64,000 nt of DNA from Heterodontus francisci (GCF_036365525.1 NC_090383.1:105119397-105183396); one strand, 5' to 3'. Positions 26,220 through 39,392 are shown, counted from the first letter of the stretch. Notes: a model not told the origin generated them from the sequence alone. Numbers and translations: made by a program.

Positions 26220-27347
26220 TCTAAGATTATTCGGTTACTAAAAGTTACTAACCAGCATACTAATTGTTAAAATCCAGCTATTATAAACTAACAACTAGCT
26301 TATTATCATAACCTAATACTTAGCGTTATTCTTCTTTGGCTTCCTTGTCTCGAGAGGCAATGGGTTAGCGCCTGGAGGTGGTCAGTGGTTTGTGGAGCAG
26401 CGCCTGGAGTGGCTATAAAGGCCAATTCTAGAGTGACAGACTCTTCCACAGGTGTTGCAGAAAAATTTGTTTGTCGGGGCTGTTACACAGTTGGCTCTCC
26501 CCTTGCGCTTCTGTCTTTTTTTCCTGCCAACTGCTAAGTCTCTTCGACTTGCCACACTTTAGCCCCGCCTTTATGGATGCCTGCCTACTAATTGTTAAAA
26601 TCCAGCTATTATAAACTAACAACTAACTTATTATCATAACCTAATACTTGGCGTTATTAGAACCCTTCTTTGTAGTATGGTAAAGTGAAAATACGTAGGA
26701 AATAAGGCACATTATGGACAAGATGTCAAGGCAGAGGGATTCTGGGAGATGGTCAAGTTTTAAAATGCTTACTTGCAGCACATGGGTGAGACCTTGAGAG
26801 CAGACAGTGAAAACTGTGTTGATTTGTCTCGTAGTGAGAAAGGCATCCTCGAAATGTAAAAGCATTGAGATAAAGTATTCAATATAGAGGTACTGGCACA
26901 AATCCGAAAGGTTAGCAACCATCACAAAATTATCCTTGGTTGGTTAAGAAAGGCATCCTTTAATACAAGACTAATCACTGATTGGGAGAGGGGAGGGTTA
27001 ACTGGAAAGCTGCCACAATAAAAGGAGTCTTGTCTTTGACACTGTGCGGCAGAGAATTTTGAACAACAAGAAGTGGTGTGAGACAGAAAGAGAGAGACCG
27101 TCCAAAAATCTTGAAGACCAAAAGCTGCAGGAGAAAGCGTCGTGCGCTCTGCAATCCAGTCTCTAATATGGGTAGTATCTGTGTTAAGACTGTTAATTAC
27201 TGCCTGCGTTTGTGACTATGGTTTATCTGAAAACTTAACAAACCTGTCTTTATCTTTATCTCAATAAAGTTGATTTACAACAAGCTGTAAAGTCTGTTCC
27301 CACCTTAGAAGAGAATATAAAATACTCCTATCTTATCAAATCTTACA
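26220..27347 (+). mobile_element. Solo LTR (~800 bp net) inserted into a CR1
   Basis: Termini TCTAAGATT...AATCTTACA (8/9 inverted match), 4-bp TSD ATAA (26216-26219, 27348-27351), AATAAA at ~27263. The CR1 sequence is contiguous across the junction. Confidence 0.75.
26331..26585 (-). mobile_element. RTE-clade LINE 3' end with 73-bp TSD
   Basis: Near-identical to 23718-23970. Flanked by 73-bp direct repeats at 26258-26330 and 26586-26658 (2 mismatches). Confidence 0.9.
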
Positions 27348-30109
27348 ATAAGAAGTAGTACTTGGGAAATTAACTGGATTGAAGGTTGATAAATCCCCTG
27401 AAGCATATGAGATACATCCCAGAGTGTTGAAGGAGGTGACCAGAAATAGTGGATACATTGGTGGTTATCTTTCAAAATTCTGTAGATTCTGGAAAGTTTC
27501 CTGCAGTCTGGAAAGTAGCAAATGTAACCCCACTATTTAAGGAGGGAGAGAGATAACGGAACTACAGACCTGTTGGTTTGATGTCAGTAGTAGGGAAAAT
27601 GTTAGAATCTATTCTAAAAGATGTGATAACTAAACACTTAGAAAATAATATGATTGGGCAGAATCAACATGGATTTATGAAAGGGAAATCATGTTTGACA
27701 AATCTGTTGGAGTTTTTTGAGGATGTTACTTGCAGCATAGATGAAAGAGAACCAGGGGATGTGGTGTATTTGGATTTTCAGAAGGTTTTTGATAAAGTCC
27801 CAATCGGGAGGTTAGTAAAGAAAATTAGAGCACATGGGATTGGGGGTATATACTGGTATGGATTGAGAATTGGTTAACAGAAGAAAACAGAGACCAGGAA
27901 TAAACAGGTCATTCTTAGGATGGCAGGCTGTTACTAGTGGGGTACCACAAGGATCAGTACTGGGGCCACAGCTGTTCTCAATCTGTGTAAATGATTTGCA
28001 TGTGAGGACCAAATGTAATATTTCCAAATTTGCTGAGGGCACAAAACTAGGTGGGAATGTAAGTTGTGAGGAGGATGCTTGAAGGGGACTTGGACAGGCT
28101 AAGTGAATGGGCAAGAACATGACAGCTGGGATATAATGTGATAAGTGTGAAGTTATCCACTTTGGTAGAAAAAATAGAAAGACTATTTCTTAAATGGTGA
28201 GAGGTTCAGAAGTGTTGATTTCCAAAGGGACCTGGGTATCCTTGTTCATGAGTCTCTAAAAGCTAGCATGCAGGCGCAGCAAGCAATTAGGAAAGCAAAT
28301 GGTATGTTGGCTTTCATCACAAGGGGTCTTGAGTACAGGAGTAAAAATGTCTTTCTGCAATTGTATAGAGCCTTGGTGAGACTGCACCTGGAGTATTGTG
28401 TACAGTTTTTATCTCCTCATCTAAGGAAAGTTATACTTGCCATAGAGAGTGTAATGGAGGTTCACCAGACTAATCCCTGCAATGGTGGGATTGTCTTAGG
28501 AGGAGAGATTGAGGAATCTGGGCCTGTATTCTCTAGAGTTTCAAAGAATGAGATGTGATCTCAATGAAACTTACAAAAATCGTACAGGGCGTGACAGGGT
28601 GGATGTAGATATGATGTTTCCCCTGGCTGGTGAGTCTAGAACCAAGGGACATAGTCTCAGAATAAGGAGCAGGCCATTTAAGACTGAGATGAGGAGGAGT
28701 TTCTTCACTCAGAGGGTGGTGAATCTTTGGAATTCTGTACCCGAGGGCTGTGGAAGCTCAATCATTGAACATGTTCAAGACAGAAATCAATAGATTTCTG
28801 GATATTCATGACATCAAGGGATATGGGAATAGCGTGGGAAAGTGACGTTGAGGCAGATGATCAGCCATGATCTAATTGAATGGCAGAGCAGGCTCGACGG
28901 GCTGAATGGCCTACTCCTGTTCTGATGTTCCTATGAAGTCTAAAGCCTTCAATAATCTTCCTCCCTTCCCCCCACCCCCAAAGTTTTTTTTAAAAAATGG
29001 GCTTTCCCAGCATTGAACAGAGGAAGGTTGTGCATGAAAACTCAACTGTATTCACATGGATTAATTCACCAGCCCGATCCTCCCAGAGAGGAGACATGCT
29101 TGCTGGGGCTGCAGTTGGAGATTGGACTACAGCACTCGTCCTCTGCCCTATACTGATTTCATGTGAAGCTCCCTGCTGGAAATGCAGATTTTGTGAATTT
29201 ATTCCATACCGTAACACATTCTAAGGACTGTTTGCAATTTTAATGACAGATGATTTCCACAACCGAGTCATGGGGAATGCTACACTCCCCAGGCTACAAG
29301 ATTGATTGTATCCCAAACAAATAATTTTTGTTTAAATAGTAGCAGGGGCTGCCCAATCTGAGTTGTGGGGAAACTCTTTAAGGAATCCTGCAGCTGCAGG
29401 CCCAAACCCTGGCTCCTGGCTGTGACTGGGAACTGGTTTCAATTTGTTCCCAGTTATGCAATGAGAGGGAAGAAAAACAAAGGACTGAGAGGACTGTGGA
29501 CTGGACATGGTGGTGTGGTTTGAGAGCATTGGGTTGTAAAGTTCCAACAGGAATCTGAAAACAATTAATTGTTTTGTGATTGGTTCTTGGAAAAATATCG
29601 TTAACAATTTCCATTTATACAACACCTTTTCACAGCACAGCACAGAAGGCGACCTTTCGGCTGTGTCAGCTCCTTTGAAGAGCAATCCAGTTCGTTACAC
29701 TGACTGCTCTTTCCCCACATCCCTGCAATTTTTTTCTCCTTCAGGAAGGTTTGGGAAGAATTCAAGTATAGGGCCTATGTGCCTGTCGACATGGCTGCTG
29801 GTGGTGGGGCAAAGGGTACAACGGATGAACTCGAGGTTTGAGTTAGAACAACAGAGTTTGAGGAGGACTGTGGGGTTGAAAAAAGCTCCAGAGGTAGAGA
29901 GAGGTGAGGCCACTGGAGATATTTAAATCCAAGGATGACAATTTAAAATTCGAGGCATTGGTATACTGGGAGCCAATGTAGGTCAATGAGAATAGGGATT
30001 ATGGACAAACAGTACTTGGTGTGGGATAGGATACTGGTAGCAGAGTAGATAAATGATATCACAACTAAGGACTTGTAAATTTCCAAGTAAACAGTGATGC
30101 TATAGTGCC

Positions 30110-33100
30110 TGTTATATTGTTCCAAAATGGTTTAGGATCTATATTCATCTGTATGTATACATAATACCACATCAACCACTACTGCACTACAGTCTGTGTA
30201 CCAGATACACATTGTATTATTATGCCATGTGTGGAGATGTGTAAAATATGAGATGCAAGCTTCATTATCTGTTTAAAAAGTGTGATTATTTCAGAACTCT
30301 GGGAATCACAAGACATAATATGGTGGCAGCAGGGTGATTGAGATGTGCAGGACAAAGAAAGTAGTTGGTAAAGGAATTACCCAAGGCAGAGCAACCGGGC
30401 AAATGAGAAATAAAAGAAACCAAAAGATTCCATACCCTGGAAGATGACAAGGAATTTGAGGACACAATAGACATAGAAACCATAGTCCTACATGAAATGT
30501 TTGGATGTGAAAGTTCCCAAAGAAAGGAAATTCACGCAACCATACAGATCAGGAAGAAGGTGAGAGGTCAGCCCACAACCATAAACCTGAAGCTTAATAC
30601 TGGAGCACAGAGTAACATCATTCCTTTCAGACTATACCAGAAGACCTTTCCTGAAAATTTGAAAGAGAATGGTTACCAAAGAAAGGTGTTCTGAAAACGA
30701 GCAACGTCAAGCTGATGGCATATGGTGGAACTGAGATTTGATAGCTGGAAATGACCCAAATCAGAGGGACGCACAAAGGAAAAGATGTTAAATGTATATT
30801 CTACATCACTAAAACAGATGGTCCAGTCATTCTGGGGTTGAGCAGTTGTGAAGAGCTGCAGCTGATCTCGGTAAACCATGAGAAAAAGGAGGCATCACTG
30901 AAGGTTGAAAATCGCACACCCATTGTAAAGCGCCCTCCAGTCGGAAGCAAGGAAGATCTGGTCGAAATGGATCCAGACTTTTGATGCGACATTTGGATGT
31001 TTTGAAGATTTTGAGTATCACATTACCATTGACCCAGAGAAGAAACCAGTGATTCATCCCCCACATAAAGCACCAATAAAGCTAAAAGAAAAGCTTGATA
31101 GAGAACTCAGATGGAAGCAAATAAAGTGATTGCCAGAGTCACAGAGCCTACAGATTAGGTAAATTCCATCATAGTGAGAGAGATGTCTAATGGACGGCTA
31201 CGAATTTGCCTGGATCCCAAAGATCTTAATCAAGCAATAAAGATGAATCACTACTCCAACACTGGAAGTGATCATGCCAGCACTGGCAGGGGCAAAAGGT
31301 TTCAGCAAGTATGATGCCAGAAACGGCTACTGGAATGTGAAGCTTGACGAGAAGTCTTCGCTGTTGACAACATTCACACACCCTTTGGACAGTACAAATT
31401 CCTGTGTCTACCATTTGGCCTTAAAACTGAGCCAGGATGTGTTCCAGCAAAAAGAAAGACATACAGGGAATGCAGAGAAGCAATCAGCATAGCTGATTAT
31501 ATGCAGATCTATGATGTAGATGAAAAAGACCATCATCTACATGAAGCTATGGAGAGAACCAGGAAAGCTGGGATCAAGCTAAACACAGACAAATTCATTG
31601 TAAAAGTGACAGAATGCCAGTTCTTTGGAATGGTGTACACACATGATGGAGTCAAGCCAAGTCCTGAAAAAGGCACAACTATCTCTGAGATGGAAGCTCT
31701 GAGAGACAAAAAAGAGCTGAGAAGTTTTCCTGACTTAATCCATTACATGAGCTCTTTCATATCTCACATGTCAGAGCACACAGCAAACCTACGAGAGTTG
31801 ATGGGAGATGTTGAGTACCAGTGGTCAGAGTCATATGAGAAGAGTATTAGTAAACTCAATGAAGTAATGTGCAACAAGACAAGTCTCATACTTCAATAGA
31901 GCAAAATCTGTCACTCTGCTTCTACAAAAGGACTGGGAATGGCCCTGGTACGAAAGGAAAGCCCAGAGCATTCGTATCCAAAACTCTTGTCAGCTGAGAT
32001 CAGGTATGCCAATACAGAAAGAGAATTTTGGCGGTGGTGTATGAATGCGAAAAATTCTATATATATCTCTTGGGGGGGAAAATACATAGTGGAGAGTGAT
32101 CATCATCCACGAGAACTGATGTACAAGAATAATCTGTGAAGAGCACCAGCAAGACTACAGAAGTTACTCTTGAGGTTTAGAGTTACGATCTCACTGAAAT
32201 ACAAGCCAGGAAGAGAAATGGTGCTAGCAGATACCCTATTTTGTCTGTCACAAGAGAAACACAAGATAAAAGATCTAGGTGTAAAGATACATCACCTAGT
32301 GAAAGTGATGCCACTGAAATTGAATCAAATCAGATGAGACCAGTAAAGATAAAGAGTTACAGATGCTTTCTCAGCAAGTGATTCAGGAATGGCTGGATAA
32401 GATGCTGCAAAAATAACCCAGCAATATAGCAGTATTGATCAATCAGAGACGACATCTTACTAGAAGATGGTGTTCTGGTTGGATCCAGAATCATCATACC
32501 CAAAACGATGCCGAGAGAACTTCTCCAGAAGATATATGAAGGTCACATGGGAATGGAGAAGTGTATGCTTAGTGTCAGATCAGCCGTGTACTGGATAGGC
32601 ACCTACAAAGACATTGAAAGAATGGTATATACATGCAACATATGCCAAAAGTATAGAAATACATAGCTGAAAGAGGAGATAATTGTTAGTGATATACCAA
32701 CTAGGCCACGGCATACTGTGGGAGCCGACCTAATTCATACACAACCAAGAATGGCATCTTATAGTAGCAGACTATTACTCAAAGTTCCCATTCATCAGAA
32801 AGGTAAAAGATTTGAGAGCTACAACAATCATGACACAATACAAGTCCTGTTTGCTGAGCAAGGGATTCCAGAAATGGTGATATGTGATAATAGAACCCAG
32901 TTCACCTCCAGAGACTATAAGGAATTTGCTGAACAGTATGGATTCAACATCATAACCTCATTACCACATTACCCAAGGGGACATGGTTTTACAGAAAGGC
33001 AAGTCCAGATGGTCAAGAAGACCCTCATAAAATCCTGAGAGACAAAGGAAGACCCAAACTTTGCCTTATTGTCACTCTGAGCTACACCTCTCAACACTGA

Positions 33101-34038
33101 CATGAAATCGCCTGCAGAGCTACGGAATGGCAGAAAATACAAGACAACTCTGGGAAGCAAGACATATCCTTCAAATTACTGAGGAACTAAAATGAGAAAT
33201 CACTGATACACAGGTAGAAGGAAGTCAGCATTTCAACAAACATACCAAATCATTGCCTGTGTTATTGAGAGGACAAATTGTGCATGTACAGACCCAATTC
33301 CGAAAACTTGGAACCCAGCAAAAGTTGTTGGTAAAGCTAATCCTCCAAGATCATACATCACCATACCATGAAACCGGTAAGCAGATGAGAAGGACAGACT
33401 CCATATTTGGCCTTCTCCAGAACTGGTAAAGCAGAGAAGGTCATCAGCAATGTCACCAACAAGCGGTGCAACATTGGCAACATCACCAATGAGCGACACA
33501 TCATCACCAACATCAAGCACAACTTCCACAACACCAGGAGCAACACGCACAACATCACCAGTTCGGCGCGCCAACTTATTGCAGAGAAGGATGACGACAC
33601 CAAATCCACGAGATAGAGGCACAACATTTTACCACCAGAATGATATTATGAATAATGCTTTGAAAGAAAATGAGCCATAGAAGAGTTTTAAGGTGTTCAA
33701 AATTACAAGTTTAATTGTAAACGTTGATTGTAAATTTTCTGTAGGAGCCAGAGAGAAAAAAAAAAAATTGGGGGAAAATTATACCGCTCGTAAAAGGCAT
33801 TGCAAATTTTTTTTAAAGAAAAAGGAATGTTGTACCAAAATGATTTAGGGTCTGTACTGTTCATGTGTATGTATACAGGTATATCCATAATACCACATCA
33901 ACTGCACTACAGTCTATGTACCAAATACACATTGTATCATTCCACCACGTGTAGAGATGTGTGAAATATAAAAGATGCAAGCTCCAGTATCTGTGTTAAC
34001 TGGTGTGATTATGTTAGAGCTCTGGGAACCACAAGACA
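30110..34038 (+). mobile_element. Decayed Ty3/Gypsy LTR retrotransposon with both LTRs, gag largely missing
   Basis: LTRs ~30110-30315 and 33828-34038 (TGTT...GACA). PBS tggtggcagc at 30321, PPT aaagaaaaaggaa before 33828, flanks gtgcc/gtgct. Domains in PR-RT-RH-IN order: KLNTGAQSNII; FSKYDARNGYW; YANTERE/VESDH; FAEQGIPE..CDN..QFTS..YPRGHGFTERQVQ. Confidence 0.9.
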
Positions 34039-34174
34039 GTGCTATCTAGTGATGAGCTCAGCAAAGGGGATTGAAGCTGCACTATGGTATTAAAATAAAG
34101 AGGAATTTTCATGTGTTCCAGCAAGAGCACGATGCACAGAATTAATAAAATAATGGCACAGCAAGTGTGTACCA

Positions 34175-34315
34175 GACACAAGATGAAAGGTCATCATGCT
34201 GACATATTAACCCTATTTTCCGCTTCACAGAGGCTACCTGAACTGCTGTGTATTTCTAGCATTTTCTGCTTTACTTCAGATTTCCAGCATCTGCATTATT
34301 TTGCTTTTTGTTTTA
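34175..34315 (+). mobile_element. Degraded Penelope-like terminal repeat fragment
   Basis: ...cctgaactgctgtgtatttctagcattttctgctttacttcagatttccagcatctgca, the reverse complement of the motif at 35281, 56067 and 60425. Confidence 0.6.
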
Positions 34316-35278
34316 TATTAACTGATACTGTTACAAACAAGAACCCAAATAGGTTTAACTACTAATTTCATTTGAAAAATTGTAATTCATTTCTGCTTTG
34401 TTTTCCTGAATTGAAAAGCTTCTAATTGCTCGCTACTGGTTCCTGAATTTGCCAGGCAGGGACTGTTGCACTTTTGGTTCTCTTTTATCCATCTTACTGC
34501 AGAGCATTTTGGCTCTCATATCTTAAGTCACTCTCATAGGTGAATCCCAGTTTCCCACACCTTCAAGAGGGTCTAGCCTAGTCTTGAGATTGAGCCAAGC
34601 TTTCAGTAATGTGCCTGGGGAAACAAACAGCAAACCCTGTCCAGTAATTGTATTTTTCAGCTACTGGGACTTATACTATTCTTTTATAGGTCTCTGTCCA
34701 ATCTTTGACGGAAATGAAACATCACATCAGACATTGTTTTAAGCTTAACAAATATTTGGCAAATTAATTAAGTTGTGAACAAATAAATAATCTAACAGTG
34801 ATATTTACAGTAATTTATATAGCACCTTTCATAATCTGGTTATCCCAAAGCGCTTTCAAGTCAATGATGTATTTTGAAGTTTAGTCAGTGTTGTACTATC
34901 TAAGTTCATAAGTGGCAAAAGAGTAAAAAGGTCACAACTCTAAGAACTAAGCTAACCTTTTGTAAATGAATATTATTGTTTCTTTTCCTTCATAGCTTAC
35001 CACAGTGGGAATCTATATTTATCTAAACTATCCCTTAGAAATATTTCTCCCTTTCAAGAATTTCAAACTGATCAATTTCCTCTTTGGAAGAAAATCAAAT
35101 TAGCTTTCTGATTCTGCTCTTCAGAGTCATACCGATTATATCCCAGAAAAGAGCCACTGGCACTTCCTGGACTTTGAATATTTGACCCAAACATCTAAAA
35201 AGGAACTGGCATTCACATGAAAACTGAACTAATCACAGAAGTTTGAATTATTCTCTCTATCCAGCATGTAACTGACAA

Positions 35279-35395
35279 TAAAAACAAGAAATGCTGGAAC
35301 CACTCAGCAGGTCTGGCAGCATCTGTGGAAAGAGAAGCAGAGTTAACGTTTCGGGTCAGTGACCCTTCTTCGGAACTCTAGCAGAGTTAATGTTT
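35279..35395 (-). mobile_element. Penelope-like element terminal fragment carrying a minimal hammerhead motif (core variant CCGAAGA)
   Basis: Minus strand reads agtt-CCGAAGA-agggtcactgaccc-GAAA-cgtt-aact at 35341-35377. Possible 7-bp TSD ctgacaa. Confidence 0.75.
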
Positions 35396-36214
35396 CTGAC
35401 AAAACTTGTGACATTATATGGAGTTAAGGTTGGATCAAGATGCTATCTTTTTTAACCTTATATAACTGCGATTAGATTTAAAGGACTAACAACCAACTAA
35501 AACTAGATAACAATCCCTATTTTTGACACAGGAATATCCCCTTCTATAAACTCTGCTGTATTTACAATGTAGGGAAGCCATACAAGTCTGCAGTGATACA
35601 AAAGCCCTCATGGATTACAATTTAAGAAGGCCTGTAGCTGAACATAATAGTGGTGCCACAACATGAATGGGGAAAAAACGGTGAAAGCCGAATTTGCTGA
35701 TTTTGTGCAGAGCTTGCGCACACTATACCAGAATGACACCAATTTTTATGAAAGCGTGGAGCAGGCTCGTCAACACTACTGTATTTGGTATGATTTTCCT
35801 ACCTCAGGGGCATAGCGTCATGTGAATGAAGGACGTAAATGACTGCGTTGGAAATTCCCAGCTTCGCAGTGCAATATTTGCGCGACTTTGTTGTACTTTC
35901 CCTACTCAACATTGTTGTCTAGCTGGACACTGGATCAGCGACAGGGAAGAAAGAGACAAGAGGGGGAAAAAATGGAGTGTAAAGTAAAATGGAACAGAAA
36001 AGAAGAAAAAAATAATGCAGTTCTAAACTGGACTGAAGAATGCACATACTAGCCACATTTTCACTGTTGCAGAATTAAATCATGAACAGGCTGTCCCTGA
36101 GTACCAGTGTTTTTGGAAAGAAATCTGAGGTTGTCAGCTTTTCATTTGGGACCAAATAAAGTCTCATATCTAGAAATTGAAAACTCAGCTGTCCCCTTAA
36201 CAATACTCTTCTGC

Positions 36215-36595
36215 TCATGGCTCAGTGAGTAAATGTGTGTGACTGCATCATCCAGATTCGACCCTTGATTTGCGCTTACTCAGGATAGTGGAATAGGCGC
36301 TACAATTGACATCAGCGTTCCTGGGGCTAGGAAGGAGAAAATGTTGTTACTATCCAATCATTCCTGCAGGAAACTTAACGTGTGTGGACATCTGGTGGAA
36401 ATAGAATTGTGTTTGATTGTGATGCCCGCTGCAGCTAAATAGCCTTCTAACGTTCACCGAAGAACGATTCTTCTGCTTAGTAGGGTGTGATAAGACACGG
36501 TATAAACGGAAATGTGGCTTTGTTTTCTCTTAGTTAAGTGCTACCATTAGTTGTGGAACGGTACCCAAGAACAAGGAGAGGAGGGAAGAAAATGA
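36215..36595 (+). mobile_element. Old tRNA-type SINE of a third family
   Basis: Head tggctcagtgagtaaa. Body resembles 48150-48405. Purine-rich tail ggagaggagggaagaaaat. Confidence 0.45.
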
Positions 36596-37296
36596 TTTAA
36601 GGAAAAACATTGTTTTCTGAAAAGTTTGTTTATTATTTGTCATAAAAATAATCACATTTACCAAACGCTAGTGTTTGTCAGCTCACTCCACTTGAAGGGA
36701 GGTTTATCAAACCGCTCTAAAACTGAATTGTTATGTGTATTCCACAATTGCAATACATTGGAGATTTTTAAGAAACAAATACGTTCGAGGTTTCGGTAGA
36801 TTGTTATTTCTCAATCTGCAATTTAATAAAATGTATTAGAAGACTGAGCTAAGGTGACTACAGAATACAGTTTCACCTGAAAATAAGAACAACTTAATAA
36901 ATTGAACGAAAAAGTCATTTTCCTGTCGAAATTTGCTGAAGGCAAATTATGGAATACACAAAGTTGGCAATTCTGGAAAAATATGGATTGGTACAATGTT
37001 TCATTGAGATTTTCAGCTTTGCTTTGTACAGGATTTTCAATCTTTACCTAAATGTTAATGTGACAGGCATTGTCACATTTTGGATATTTTTTTCACAGAA
37101 AGGATTTGGGGACTGAGTTATATTTGAGAGTTGTGCTTTAATACAAAGTGAATTCAGATAGGTTTAAACAGCAAGACCTCAGCCTCAGGCATTGAAGAAC
37201 ATTTACTGAAGTCAATGAGCCACTTATGAGGATGTCATAACTCACAGGACAATTGCATTCTTGTGGGCATAGTATGAGTAGTCAAGAGGGGATACA

Positions 37297-37842
37297 CTGT
37301 ACAAAACTCTGGTGAGACCGCACCTGGAGTATTGCGTGCAGTTCTGGTCACCGCATTATAGGAAGGATGTGGAAGCTATGGAAAGGGTGCAGAGGAGATT
37401 TACTAGGATGTTGCCTGGTATGGAGGGAAGGTCTTATGAGGAAAGGCTGAGGGACTTGAGGTTGTTTTCGTTGGAGAGAAGGAGGAGGAGAGGTGACTTA
37501 ATAGAGACATATAAGATAATCAGAGGGTTAGATAGGGTGGATAGTGAGCGTCTTTTTCCTCGGATGGTGATGGCAAACACGAGGGGACATAGCTTCAAGT
37601 TGAGGGGTGATAGATATAGGACAGATGTGAGAGGTAGTTTCTTTACTCAGAGAGTAGTAAGGGCGTGGAACGCCCTGCCTGCAGCAGTAGTAGATTCGCC
37701 AACTTTAAGGGCATTTAAGTGGTCATTGGATAGACATATGGATGAAAATGGAATAGTGTAGGTCAGATGGTTTCACAGGTCGGCGCAACATCGAGGGCCG
37801 AAGGGCCTGTACTGCGCTGTAATGTTCTAATTCTAATTCTAA
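37297..37842 (+). mobile_element. Relatively young 5'-truncated CR1
   Basis: Uninterrupted 149-aa ORF2 C-terminus (RPHLEYCVQFWSPHYRKD...FFTQRVV) and an intact (ttctaa)3 tail. Confidence 0.95.
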
Positions 37843-38506
37843 CTACTGAGGCAGAAGCAGTCAGGTTTTGAATTGGGAAAGGGTTGTAGTGTTATCAAGC
37901 TATTAGAAATTACCCAACCTTCCCATTTTATTGCCATGTTGAACATTGTAAATTACCTTTCAGATAGTATAAATGTGTTCAAATGGTTCCAAAATAACAC
38001 TTAATTCAATGGCCATTGGCTGTCCCATTCCTGACTCGCCCTGGTGCTCTCTGCAACATATTCTAATTAGAAAAGCAGCAAAATACAGAGTAAATTATCA
38101 ACAACATCATCGGCAAAAAGTACAGTGTATGTTGCTGATATCATTGTTGTAGGAATGTCTGGGCCACTGTTTTGTACCATATGTGTAAAGCCAAATGTTG
38201 TGAACTCCTAATTATCAACTAATTTGTATTATTGTGGCAAATAGTGAAAGTTCCCCATAACTGTATATCCAATGACCTCCCATCAAAATAAAGGAATGTT
38301 GCATTTTATGACAAATACTTTTCATAGATGATAACCAAACTCATTTTCAGTTTAGAATGACCTATTCAATATTCTTTTATCTGATCACGTGTAAGCATCA
38401 GCTATAAACATACTCAAACTTAAAAAAAAAATGACAAGTCATTCTTTTGTTTGAAACCTGCAAGACGAAGTGAGGTACAATTAGTGTGACGTATAAGCAT
38501 GTATAT

Positions 38507-39392
38507 TGTTACGACCAGGTGAGAAAGAGGTCTAGGGTTCCCTTTCAGTCTTCACGTGGTCTTACTGTAACAGGGCTTAATTTTAAACACACCATGTTTT
38601 TAGCTCCCCCTTGGTAAATCCTTGTTCACCGCTTTCCAATTATAAGGCAAAGAAACCAGCGCAAACAGGCTTTCTTAGGTTTAAAGAAGAAAAGTTGAAA
38701 TTTATTAAATTTCAGTTAATGCCTACAGGTACATGCCGCGTGCCCACGCTAGCATGCGTAAGTGATACACACATGCAAATAGAGATAGAAAAGAGAAGAA
38801 AAATAAAGTGGAAAGGTTTGAGGCAATATCTGAAGAGTTGTTGTTACGTTTCTTAGAGCTCACTGTAGAGTCCTTGATTGTAGATAGATCTTGCTTTTCT
38901 TTGAGGCCCAGTATTCTTCTTAAACCTTGCTCGCTGTAGGAGACTTTTCTCTCTTGGGGTTCATGTGTTTTCAGTGGATTCAGAGTCTTGTGAGAAAGAG
39001 ATGGGAGCAGACAGGAGAGAGATCTTCAGTCCAGGAGCAAACAGTTTTCTCTGTAAACTGTTTGTACAAATTCAAAAAACTCGGGTTGCTCAACAGGTTA
39101 GTCACGTGACTAGCTAGTTTGACCATGTCTGTTTGTGTATTCGGCCATCTTAGCAGTCAACCAGAAATGCGAGCTCCCCCACCTTCTGGTGATCAAAAGT
39201 CCATTGCAGGTTGAATGTCAGGGAATGGCTGCTTGGTCCTTCCAAACACTGTCTGTCAGTATGCAAACGTCCATTCCAGCCACGGCTGATCTGTTCGACA
39301 AGTCCTCCCCTCACTCCAGTACCAGTTTAAAATCAATGTTCATGACAAAATTAATGTGCCTCATTCTTGGCAGGTGGGGGCCTAGCATAACA
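38507..39392 (-). mobile_element. Solo LTR, 886 bp
   Basis: TGTTA...TAACA termini, perfect 4-bp TSD ATAT (38503-38506, 39393-39396), minus-strand AATAAA at 38701-38706. Confidence 0.85.

Larger units (their letters stand above)
26190..28935 (+). mobile_element. CR1 LINE, decayed (short 5' piece ~26190-26219, remainder 27348-28935)
   Basis: QHGFMKGKSCLTNLLEFF, VTSGVPQGSVLGPQLF, HLEYCVQF. 3' tail ggctgaatggcctactcctgttctgatgttcctatg. Confidence 0.93.
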
